In this document: positions 6,867 to 13,723 of the stretch, one piece after another
Layout of the letters: every line of letters begins with the position of its first letter
Position numbering within the stretch: the stretch's first letter is position 1
Assembly (NCBI GenBank): GCA_038735675.1
Contig: JAVYNJ010000015.1
Coordinates: forward strand, 1 to 13,788
Source of the DNA: Nanopusillaceae archaeon
GTDB lineage: Archaea; Nanobdellota; Nanobdellia; Nanobdellales; Nanobdellaceae
Direction: 5' to 3'
Length of the DNA: 13,788 nt
The notes under the pieces: generated by a model
The model's input: the letters and a program-made list of their open reading frames with translations, nothing else
Databases searched by the model: none
Told to the model about the DNA's origin: nothing
Translations under genes and position numbers: made by a program

Positions 6867-7616
6867 TTATTCTCTGGGTGCCAGAACAAATCCAAATTTA
6901 AATTTATCTAACGATCTATAATCCAACCAAATTGGTTTATCCTGATCTAGCTTTATAATAACTGTATCTGATACTGTAGCTACTTTAGTTACTTTATAAA
7001 GATAGTCTACAGAATATCTGGATGTTACTTTGGCTGGAATTTCCATTGATAGAACACTTTCATCTTGCGGTGTAATATCAATTTTCATATCTTTTAGCTC
7101 TCCTTCAGCAATAAAACTAACAGTATTTGAATCTGGATTTGTAACTATTTTTATTTCATCTGCTATAATTTTTGCAGAGGATATTATTTCTGAAAATGCC
7201 TTTGCATCCATTTCTAATTTTATTCTCAAATCTATAGAAGGTATTTCTAATATATTTCCTTCGGTTTCTATTAAAGGTAAGGTAAATGTTCTTTTTGATT
7301 TACCTTTTAAAGAAACTAAAAGTTTATTTTTTTTCTTGTCAATACTCCATTCTATTTGTTCCTTTACTTTTGCTTTACCAATAATTTTTTTAAGATCTTC
7401 TAGATTTACTGTAAATATTTCCTCTTCTTCTGTTAATTTATAGTCTAAAAACATATTAGGATACATTTCTACAATAATTATTGCTACATTTGCGGGATCT
7501 AGAGAAGTTAGAAATATACCATCATTTTTTGCTTTAAAAGTACCTTCTGACAAAAAAGCCGTTGTTGCTGCTAATATATTTTTTAATTCTTTAGCTTGGG
7601 GGAATACAACATCCAT
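6867..7616 (-). CDS. pcn: DNA polymerase sliding clamp PCNA
   Basis: The 249 aa length and the N-terminus (F.QAKELKNILAATTAFLSEGTFKAKNDGIFLTSLDPANVAIIIVEM) match archaeal PCNA. The two-domain repeat architecture and the C-terminal FGFVLAPR(I/E) ending are typical. Confidence 0.88.
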   Translation of the reverse strand: MDVVFPQAKELKNILAATTAFLSEGTFKAKNDGIFLTSLDPANVAIIIVEMYPNMFLDYKLTEEEEIFTVNLEDLKKIIGKAKVKEQIEWSIDKKKNKLLVSLKGKSKRTFTLPLIETEGNILEIPSIDLRIKLEMDAKAFSEIISSAKIIADEIKIVTNPDSNTVSFIAEGELKDMKIDITPQDESVLSMEIPAKVTSRYSVDYLYKVTKVATVSDTVIIKLDQDKPIWLDYRSLDKFKFGFVLAPRE

Positions 7617-7635
7617 AAAAAATTGTTTATGAAAA

Positions 7636-10221
7636 TTATTTAAAATCTTTAATATTTTTAAAAAATTTCTTATATATTAATCTTGCAGAATATTTATCCA
7701 AATATTCATTAAAATTACCACACTTTGAAGAAAATACGCATTTTGGACAGCCATCTAAACATTTACAACTAATTAAAGATTTCTTAGATTCTAATATTAG
7801 TTTTTCTATATTTTCAAATATTATTTCTGCCAATCCTACTCCATTTTCAAATCCTTCATATATAAAAATTGTTGGTTTTTGTGTTTGCGAATGAATAGGA
7901 TATGAAAAACCTCCCAATTCTCTTGAATCTATGTAAGTGACTATTGGAGATATTTTAATAATATTGTGTTCTATTGCATGTAATCCAGATCTAAAAGATG
8001 TCTGAGAATCAATAAGCTTTTTAATATAAAAAGCTAGCTTTTTATCTTTAATTCTAAGATCTAACAAAAATTTTTCTACGATTTCCTTAATTTTTCTACT
8101 AGCTAATCCCCTATATTTTTCATAAAAATAATCTTTAACTACTGTAGTCGAAAAATTAAACAAATCTTCAAAGGAAATGGGATATTTCTTTTCAGAAATA
8201 ATTTTTGAAATTTTTTTCTTTAGAGTTTCAAGATATTCTCTTTCTATAGTTTCGTATTCCTTTGGTATTTCTATCCAAATTGCTTTAGTTATAAATTTTC
8301 TTTTAATTGTATTATCATAATATATTATATTCTGCATATATTCTTCTCCATATTTTATTTTTTCTACGTATCCTAAATATTCTCTATTAACTTCTATAAT
8401 ACCTAAGTTTATTTTCCAATCTCCAAATTTTTTTTCTTTAAGTTTTTCTATTATTTTAACCTCTTCATTGTAAATTGGTTCCGTTTCTATACCAGATTCT
8501 TCTTTTTGAACTATAACAAAATTTATATTTCCTATATTCACTAAAGATACAGATCTATATGCTTTTCCTAAGGAATAATAAACCATTCCTGGTAATAAAT
8601 ATTCATAAAATGCAATTTCATCTACTTCTTCTATTATTTTTCCTTTAGATTTTAACATATTCGCTATTTTAAAAGCAGTCTCTTCTCTTTTAATATTTTT
8701 AACAATTTCATAATCTGATATATCTATTAAATAATAAATTTTATCAGATATGTTTCTTAATCCAGAATATATTACTTTTCTTATAGGAATTACATATTCC
8801 TTTCCAAACAAACTATCTTTAATTATTTTTATATAATTTTTTTCTATTAATCTTTTTAGTATTTCTTTATCTTTTTCTTCAATAAGATCTAAAGGTAGTC
8901 TTCCAAATTCGTGAATCATGTAAAGTAAATGTTTTTCCCTTATTTTTTCATTATCCAAATTAATCGGAAGTTCTTCAATATCGTTTTTTTCTATTTTTTC
9001 AAACAATTCTTCAAAATTTGATGAGTAATATAAATCTAATGCATCTTTTTTGAATATTATTATATTTAGTCCATTAGATGTTCTACCAGATCTTCCAAAT
9101 CTTTGAATTAAAGAAAATATACCATCTCTAGGTATTCCATAATTTGCTACTGCAGAAACATCTCCAATATCTATTCCAAGCTCTAAGGCTGAAGTAGTTA
9201 TTAAAATTCTATATTCATTATTTTTAAATTTCTTCTCTATTTCTTTTCTAATATCTTTTAAATAACTTGCTTTATATGTAAAAACCAGATTACTTTTTTC
9301 AAGATCCTCTATTAGCATTTTATATCTCTCTACTCCTTTCTTTGATTCTAAAAAAACTAAAGATTTTATATCATTTTCTAAAAGTATTCTTATTAATCTT
9401 TTTAATACTACCTTTGGTCCTATGTTTTTAGTATCTATTCCGATAACCCATCTATCATATCTTTTACTATAATCCTCGCTTATAGTATAAAAATCTAAGC
9501 TAAATAATTTTTTAGCAAATTCTTTTGGATTTTTTAAAGTTGCTGATAAAGCTAGAAACTTAAAAGAATTGTTTTTATATAAATATTTCAATAAATAAAT
9601 TAATCTTTTAAAAACATAAGCAGAATTTGTACCAAAAACTCCACGATAAGAATGTAATTCGTCAACAACTATTAAATCTAGATTTCTAAAAAAATAGTAC
9701 ATTTTTCCATGATTTTTTAATAAAAACAAATGTAAATTATCTATGGTAGTTAATATAACATTGGGTTTATCTTTTATCAGCTTTTCTTTTTCTTTATAAG
9801 TTAAATCTCCTAAAAGAATTCCAAATTTTAAATTTATCTTTTTTTCAAAGATTTCATTAAATTGATTTATTAAAGATTGGAATTTCTCAAATTGATCATA
9901 CAATAGTGCTCTTAATGGATAAATTAAAAGATAGGTTTTATTTTGATTTTTTAAATAATTATCCATTATATATAACCTAAAAATATGAGATTTTCCAGAG
10001 GCTGTTGGTGTTGTTACAACTACGTTTTTTCCATTGTATAATAATTCTAAAGTTTCTTTTTGATGTTTATATAATTTTATATTAATTTTATTCAAAAATT
10101 TGTTTATTTCTTCATTAAAAAACTTAAAATCATCAAAAATTGGATCTTTTTTATTTATTTTTTTTATTCCTACAATTAGGTCTCCGAATTCTTTCTTCAA
10201 AATTTCAACAATATTTTCCAC
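7636..10221 (-). CDS. DExH-box superfamily 2 helicase with a C-terminal DUF1998/MZB zinc-binding module (YprA/MrfA/Hrq1-like)
   Basis: 861 aa with LYKHQ, Walker A TPTASGKS (nt 9988..10011), motif II VVDELH, SAT, TSALELGIDIG and motif VI QRFGRSGR. The C-terminal CKCLDGCPKCVFSSKCGNFNEYLDK (nt 7720..7767) matches the DUF1998 signature C..GC..C....CGN.N..LDK. The start codon is GTG (10221..10219); an in-frame TAA lies 6 codons upstream and there is no earlier ATG. Confidence 0.85.
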   Translation of the reverse strand: MENIVEILKKEFGDLIVGIKKINKKDPIFDDFKFFNEEINKFLNKINIKLYKHQKETLELLYNGKNVVVTTPTASGKSHIFRLYIMDNYLKNQNKTYLLIYPLRALLYDQFEKFQSLINQFNEIFEKKINLKFGILLGDLTYKEKEKLIKDKPNVILTTIDNLHLFLLKNHGKMYYFFRNLDLIVVDELHSYRGVFGTNSAYVFKRLIYLLKYLYKNNSFKFLALSATLKNPKEFAKKLFSLDFYTISEDYSKRYDRWVIGIDTKNIGPKVVLKRLIRILLENDIKSLVFLESKKGVERYKMLIEDLEKSNLVFTYKASYLKDIRKEIEKKFKNNEYRILITTSALELGIDIGDVSAVANYGIPRDGIFSLIQRFGRSGRTSNGLNIIIFKKDALDLYYSSNFEELFEKIEKNDIEELPINLDNEKIREKHLLYMIHEFGRLPLDLIEEKDKEILKRLIEKNYIKIIKDSLFGKEYVIPIRKVIYSGLRNISDKIYYLIDISDYEIVKNIKREETAFKIANMLKSKGKIIEEVDEIAFYEYLLPGMVYYSLGKAYRSVSLVNIGNINFVIVQKEESGIETEPIYNEEVKIIEKLKEKKFGDWKINLGIIEVNREYLGYVEKIKYGEEYMQNIIYYDNTIKRKFITKAIWIEIPKEYETIEREYLETLKKKISKIISEKKYPISFEDLFNFSTTVVKDYFYEKYRGLASRKIKEIVEKFLLDLRIKDKKLAFYIKKLIDSQTSFRSGLHAIEHNIIKISPIVTYIDSRELGGFSYPIHSQTQKPTIFIYEGFENGVGLAEIIFENIEKLILESKKSLISCKCLDGCPKCVFSSKCGNFNEYLDKYSARLIYKKFFKNIKDFK

Positions 10222-10246
10222 AATAATATAATTTATTTAAATAATT

Positions 10247-10252
10247 AAAAAA
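10247..10252 (-). terminator. Possible oligo-T stop signal just after the sRNA D box; the same AT block could be the helicase promoter
   Basis: The minus strand reads CUGA-UA-UUUUUU-AAUUAU directly after the candidate D box. Specificity is low in AT-rich DNA. Confidence 0.25.
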
Positions 10253-10254
10253 TA

Positions 10255-10306
10255 TCAGCCAGGAGTGCTTAATCATTGTTCATTTCCCGGCAAAACCCTT
10301 CATCAT
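10255..10306 (-). ncRNA. Candidate C/D-box sRNA (2'-O-methylation guide), 52 nt, directly 3' of tRNA-Asn
   Basis: The minus strand reads AUGAUGA-AGGGUUUUGCCGGGAA-AUGA-ACA-AUGAUUA-AGCACUCCUGG-CUGA. The C box is perfect (10306..10300) and the D box CUGA is perfect (10258..10255). The internal D' AUGA (10283..10280) and C' AUGAUUA (10276..10270) show a compensatory change: the usual C-box G6/D-box C1 pair becomes U/A. The segment is a local GC-enriched island in AT-rich spacer. Confidence 0.55.
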
Positions 10307-10309
10307 CTA

Positions 10310-10381
10310 CGCCGCCGGGGGGATTTGAACCCCCGACCCTCCGGTTAACAGCCGGATGCTCTACCGCTGAGCTACGGCGGC
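10310..10381 (-). tRNA. tRNA-Asn (anticodon GUU), 72 nt, no intron, CCA not encoded
   Basis: The manual cloverleaf is GCCGCCG-UA-GCUC-AGCGGUA-GAGC-A-UCCGG-CU GUU AA-CCGGA-GGGUC-GGGGG-UUCAAAU-CCCCC-CGGCGGC-G. All stems are Watson-Crick. 50 of 72 nt are G/C. Confidence 0.93.
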
Positions 10382-10406
10382 AATATAAATATTAATAATA
10401 AACTTC

Positions 10407-10414
10407 ATTTAAAA
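10407..10414 (-). promoter_or_regulatory. TATA-like box candidate for tRNA-Asn at -33..-26 relative to mature G1
   Basis: The minus strand reads TTTTAAAT, preceded by purine-rich AAAGAATA (BRE-like). It lies in the 43-bp divergent spacer shared with the 10425 ORF. AT-rich background makes this weak. Confidence 0.3.
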
Positions 10415-10424
10415 AATATTCTTT

Positions 10425-10688
10425 ATGAACATAAATAATGAAATTATAGAAATTACAAGTAGAGAAATTGAAAAATTAAAAATTGTTTTTGAAAAAATAA
10501 AATTTTTTGATTTTGAATTAAAAACCTTTATTGAAGCTTACTGGAAGGATTGTTTATATTTCTATAATAAAAAAGATTATATAAAATCTTTTGAATTAGT
10601 AAATTATATTTGGGGTATTTTAGATTGTATGGCAAACAAAAACATGATTTATATTCCAGAAGATATTAGAAAATGGTTTAAGATTTAA
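10425..10688 (+). CDS. Small helical protein of unknown function, DUF357-like
   Basis: 87 aa. AYWKDCLYFYNKKDYIKSFELVNYIWGILDCM resembles the archaeal DUF357 pattern as I recall it (Y..D...F...gdY..A....nYa.GwLD). This recollection has not been checked against Pfam. Confidence 0.5.
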   Translation: MNINNEIIEITSREIEKLKIVFEKIKFFDFELKTFIEAYWKDCLYFYNKKDYIKSFELVNYIWGILDCMANKNMIYIPEDIRKWFKI

Positions 10689-11226
10689 AGAGCTTCTTAA
10701 CTAAAAAAAATATAAAGTCCTTTTCTTCTTCAGAAAACCAAATAATGTCAAAATATTTTTTTATAAGTGGTTTCCAAAATGCTAAACCTTTTCTTTTTAA
10801 AACAGTTAAAATTAATATTCCATCATCCTTAAGAACTTTTTCCAATATTTTTAAATCTTCTTCAGGATTTTTAGAATCTTGCAAAACAGTAACAGATAAT
10901 ATTATATCAAAAAATTTTTCATATTTATCCAATTCTTCTTTCCTTATTATTTTAACATTTTTTATTTTTTCTTTTGTTTTTTGAATCATTTTTTCAGATA
11001 AATCATATATGTATATCTCTTTAGCTATTTTTGCTAAGAAAGAAGTAGAAATACCTGTACCACATCCATAATCTAATCCTTTTTCAAATATTTTAGATAA
11101 AAATAATCTATTGTATATTTTTTCTATTTCTAAAATTTTATTTTTTTGTTCTTCACCATATAAATCATCGTATATGTCAGCTAAATTATCATAAAATTCT
11201 GAAACTATGTCCTTATATTCATCCAT
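10678..11226 (-). CDS. Class I SAM-dependent methyltransferase (small, substrate unknown)
   Basis: 182 aa. It has the motif I sequence LDYGCGTGIS, the acidic post-I IYIYDLSEKM and the motif II-like FDIILSVTVLQ. No DNA-methyltransferase motifs (DPPY, or PC with ENV) are present. Confidence 0.75.
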   Translation of the reverse strand: MDEYKDIVSEFYDNLADIYDDLYGEEQKNKILEIEKIYNRLFLSKIFEKGLDYGCGTGISTSFLAKIAKEIYIYDLSEKMIQKTKEKIKNVKIIRKEELDKYEKFFDIILSVTVLQDSKNPEEDLKILEKVLKDDGILILTVLKRKGLAFWKPLIKKYFDIIWFSEEEKDFIFFLVKKLFKS

Positions 11227-11281
11227 TATTTTATGAAAGTTTTTATTAAAAGATATAAATTATTACATTAAATATTTTGTT

Positions 11282-11746
11282 ATGATAGAAATTTTAGGAA
11301 TTGGTATAAAATTAGATGTAGATAATAAAGAAGTTGAATTAGAAAAAAACAAAAATATATTAAATATTAAAGATAAAATATTTGTTTCTTCACAGGCATA
11401 TGATGTTTATAATAAAAATTGGAAGTGTAGATTATTTTTTAATGATAAAATAAAATTTATTAGTGGGCATGATATTTATCTTTATGACTTTGATTATTTA
11501 AATCAAAAAGATAAAATATTTTCAAGATCAGAAATAATATATGTTGGTTTAAATTTAAAAGAAGAAAAAGAAATTGATTTAATTCAAGACAAATATTATA
11601 TATTGTCTCCGTCTAGTAAAATAAAAATAGGAAAGGGAAAAATTGGAAGTGATTTAAAAGAAACAATAATAGATACTGAAAATGTAATAAGAAATATATT
11701 AAGAGCTATAGACGGTTTATTAATAAGAAAAATACCAAAAATATAA
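11282..11746 (+). CDS. Hypothetical protein
   Basis: 154 aa with an ATG start, filling the gap between neighbours exactly (its stop abuts the enolase stop). I recognise no motif. The call rests on ORF length, genome compactness and the absence of a competing ORF. Confidence 0.5.
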   Translation: MIEILGIGIKLDVDNKEVELEKNKNILNIKDKIFVSSQAYDVYNKNWKCRLFFNDKIKFISGHDIYLYDFDYLNQKDKIFSRSEIIYVGLNLKEEKEIDLIQDKYYILSPSSKIKIGKGKIGSDLKETIIDTENVIRNILRAIDGLLIRKIPKI

Positions 11747-12925
11747 TTAAGATCCTATCTTCTCATATATTCTTAATAATTCATTAAGTTTACTAATTCT
11801 TTCTCCACCAATAATTCCAAATTTTACATATGGTACTTCAAATGCAACTGCTAAATGGGCTATAATATTGCTTTCTGTTTCTCCAGACCTATGAGAAAAT
11901 ATTGGAATAATATCGTTTTTCTTACAGAATTCTATAGCTTCAATTGTTCTAATAATTGAACCTGCTTGATCTGGCTTTATTATTACTGCTTTAATAGAAT
12001 TTTGTTTTATTGCTTTTTCTATTCTTTCTATATTTGTAACAGTTAAATCATCTCCAGCTACTATTGCTCTTGTTTCCTTATTTATTTCCGAAAATCCTTC
12101 AAAATCATCTTCATGTAAAGGATCTTCAATATAAAAGAGATTATAATCTTTAATTATATCTAAAACTGTTCTTATGAACTCTTCTTTACTATATTTTTTA
12201 TTTTCAAACACATAAACACTGTTATTAAAAATATGTGTTGCTGCTAAATCTATACCAATGTCAATTTTTATAGAATATTCTTTTTCTAAACTTTCAGATA
12301 AATTTCTTAAAACATTTAATAAAGTATGTGTTTTTAAAGAAGTTGTCCATGCTCCTTCATCATTTTTACCATACATAAATTTTTCATCTAATAATTCTAA
12401 TCTTTCCCCTAAAAGTTTATGATAATATGATGCTAAAAATATTGCCACTTTTAAATTGTTAATTCGAGGGGAAATTAAATATTCTTGTACTGTTGTACTT
12501 CTCCACTTTGCATGAGCTCCACCACCTACAACATTTGCTAATATTCTAATATTTTTTATATTCGGTTTTTTATTAAAAAATGAATAAATTGGTTCATTAT
12601 AATGAAAAGACCATGCCCTTAATATTGCATACTCTATTGCCAATATGAGATTGCTTCCATATTTTTTAATTCCACCAATTAATTCTAGATCATTTTCAAA
12701 ATTTTTTAAATCTCCCAAAGTTTGGATGTCATATGTTTTTAATAAATCTACTAGTTCGGAATTAAATAATTTTATCGCTTCCTCTACATCTATTTTATTT
12801 GCTTCATAAGATCCTTTACTTGCTCCAGAAGGAACTGACTCTGAAAAACCATTTATTTCAACTTCAATTGCTGGATCTCCCCTAGAATTTAAAACAATTC
12901 TTGCTTTAGCATCAACAATCCTCAT
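11747..12925 (-). CDS. eno: Enolase (phosphopyruvate hydratase), short form
   Basis: 392 aa. Enolase signatures include the N-terminal ARIVLNSRGDPAIEVEI and SGASKGSYEA, then VQEYLISP, NDEGAW, IEDPLHEDDFEGF, VAGDDLTVTN, IKPDQAGSI, SHRSGETE and ISKLNELLRI. Confidence 0.9.
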   Translation of the reverse strand: MRIVDAKARIVLNSRGDPAIEVEINGFSESVPSGASKGSYEANKIDVEEAIKLFNSELVDLLKTYDIQTLGDLKNFENDLELIGGIKKYGSNLILAIEYAILRAWSFHYNEPIYSFFNKKPNIKNIRILANVVGGGAHAKWRSTTVQEYLISPRINNLKVAIFLASYYHKLLGERLELLDEKFMYGKNDEGAWTTSLKTHTLLNVLRNLSESLEKEYSIKIDIGIDLAATHIFNNSVYVFENKKYSKEEFIRTVLDIIKDYNLFYIEDPLHEDDFEGFSEINKETRAIVAGDDLTVTNIERIEKAIKQNSIKAVIIKPDQAGSIIRTIEAIEFCKKNDIIPIFSHRSGETESNIIAHLAVAFEVPYVKFGIIGGERISKLNELLRIYEKIGS

Positions 12926-12965
12926 AAATTTATTTCTATTTTTTAGATAATTTAAATTATCTAAG

Positions 12966-13037
12966 TGGGCCCGGGGGGAATTGAACCCCCGACCTCCCGG
13001 TTATCAGCCGGGCGCTCCGCCACTGAGCCACGGGCCC
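12966..13037 (-). tRNA. tRNA-Ile (anticodon GAU), 72 nt, no intron, CCA not encoded
   Basis: The manual cloverleaf is GGGCCCG-UG-GCUC-AGUGGCG-GAGC-G-CCCGG-CU GAU AA-CCGGG-AGGUC-GGGGG-UUCAAUU-CCCCC-CGGGCCC-A. 53 of 72 nt are G/C. Confidence 0.93.
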
Positions 13038-13062
13038 ATATTATTTGATTTTATACTAATAA

Positions 13063-13070
13063 ATTTTTAA
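13063..13070 (-). promoter_or_regulatory. TATA-like box candidate for tRNA-Ile at -33..-26 relative to mature G1
   Basis: The minus strand reads TTAAAAAT at the same distance from G1 as the tRNA-Asn candidate. It lies in a 47-bp divergent spacer. AT-rich background makes this weak. Confidence 0.3.
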
Positions 13071-13084
13071 TTAGTTTAAAAAGT

Positions 13085-13723
13085 ATGGATATTATTACAG
13101 ATATTTTAGAAATAGTTTATAAAGAAATAACTTTACCTATCATAACATTTATAGCAAACACTCCAATATATGTGTCAAATATAGTTTTATTTATACTTAT
13201 AGCTACTCTTGGTTATATTATAGGTAGATTCTTAGATTTTTTTGCTAGAATTATTTTGTCTTATATAAAGTTAGATGATATTTTTAAAAAAAATAATATA
13301 GAAAATGCTTTCTTTAACATAAAACCATCAATTTACATTAGAAATTTGTTAAAATATTACATATATTTTTATTTTATAATTCTTGGCCTAGAAAGGATTA
13401 ATTTAATAATGGCAATTTTATTCTCATATTTAAACATGCTTTATAAAATAATTATAGTATTGTCTATTGGTTTTATAGTTTCAGCAATTTTAGAAAGATA
13501 TCTAAGATCTATAACAGATAAGAAGATTGTTTTAAATCTATCAAGAGGATTAACAATATATATTTTCTTTATATGGGCATTAGAAATAGTAAATTTACCT
13601 ACCTATATTTTCTATACTATCTTGAGTATATTTCTAATAGTAGTTGCAATATCTTTAGGATTATTTATTGGAATAATCTTAACTTTAGAATATAAAGAAG
13701 AAATTAAAAAAATACTAAAATGA
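13085..13723 (+). CDS. Integral membrane protein (about 5 TM helices), function unknown
   Basis: 212 aa with repeated long hydrophobic segments (IVLFILIATLGYIIGRF, YYIYFYFIILGL, IIIVLSIGFIVSAIL, LTIYIFFIWALEI, ILSIFLIVVAISLGLFIGIIL). It loosely resembles the TM-helix repeats at the N-terminus of MscS-like proteins, but no channel domain is present. Confidence 0.6.
   Translation: MDIITDILEIVYKEITLPIITFIANTPIYVSNIVLFILIATLGYIIGRFLDFFARIILSYIKLDDIFKKNNIENAFFNIKPSIYIRNLLKYYIYFYFIILGLERINLIMAILFSYLNMLYKIIIVLSIGFIVSAILERYLRSITDKKIVLNLSRGLTIYIFFIWALEIVNLPTYIFYTILSIFLIVVAISLGLFIGIILTLEYKEEIKKILK

Noticed and set aside
7636-7690. The helicase C-terminus (SARLIYKKFFKNIKDFK) could be a PCNA-interacting PIP box, given the adjacent PCNA gene.
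   Set aside because: It does not fit Q-x-x-[LIM]-x-x-[FY]-[FY]. There is no Gln, and the hydrophobic-to-FF spacing is 3-4 residues rather than 2. Aromatic/Lys-rich tails are common by chance in this proteome.
10255-10309. The GC-enriched segment next to tRNA-Asn could be a split-tRNA half, a tRNA intron remnant or a second tRNA.
   Set aside because: No acceptor, T-arm or anticodon-arm pairing can be drawn, and there is no bulge-helix-bulge motif. The adjacent tRNA-Asn is already complete and canonical. The perfect C and D boxes at the expected 52-nt spacing explain the segment better.
7636-11226. The helicase plus DUF1998 with a nearby methyltransferase could be a DISARM-like or other defence system.
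   Set aside because: DUF1998 is fused to the helicase as in the housekeeping YprA/MrfA family. There is no PLD nuclease and no DNA methyltransferase: the 182-aa enzyme lacks DPPY or PC/ENV motifs and looks like a small-molecule or RNA methyltransferase. The genes are separated by a tRNA, an sRNA and an unrelated ORF, and the context is core replication genes.
11282-11746. The 154-aa ORF could be a Cgi121 (KEOPS) homologue. Both termini loosely resemble the M. jannaschii protein as I remember it: MIIRGIRGARINNE versus MIEILGIGIKLDVDNKE, and the ...VLEKIALIELKK-like ending.
   Set aside because: The resemblance is a few residues recalled from memory, with no support in the middle of the protein. 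It is not strong enough to annotate and is left as hypothetical.
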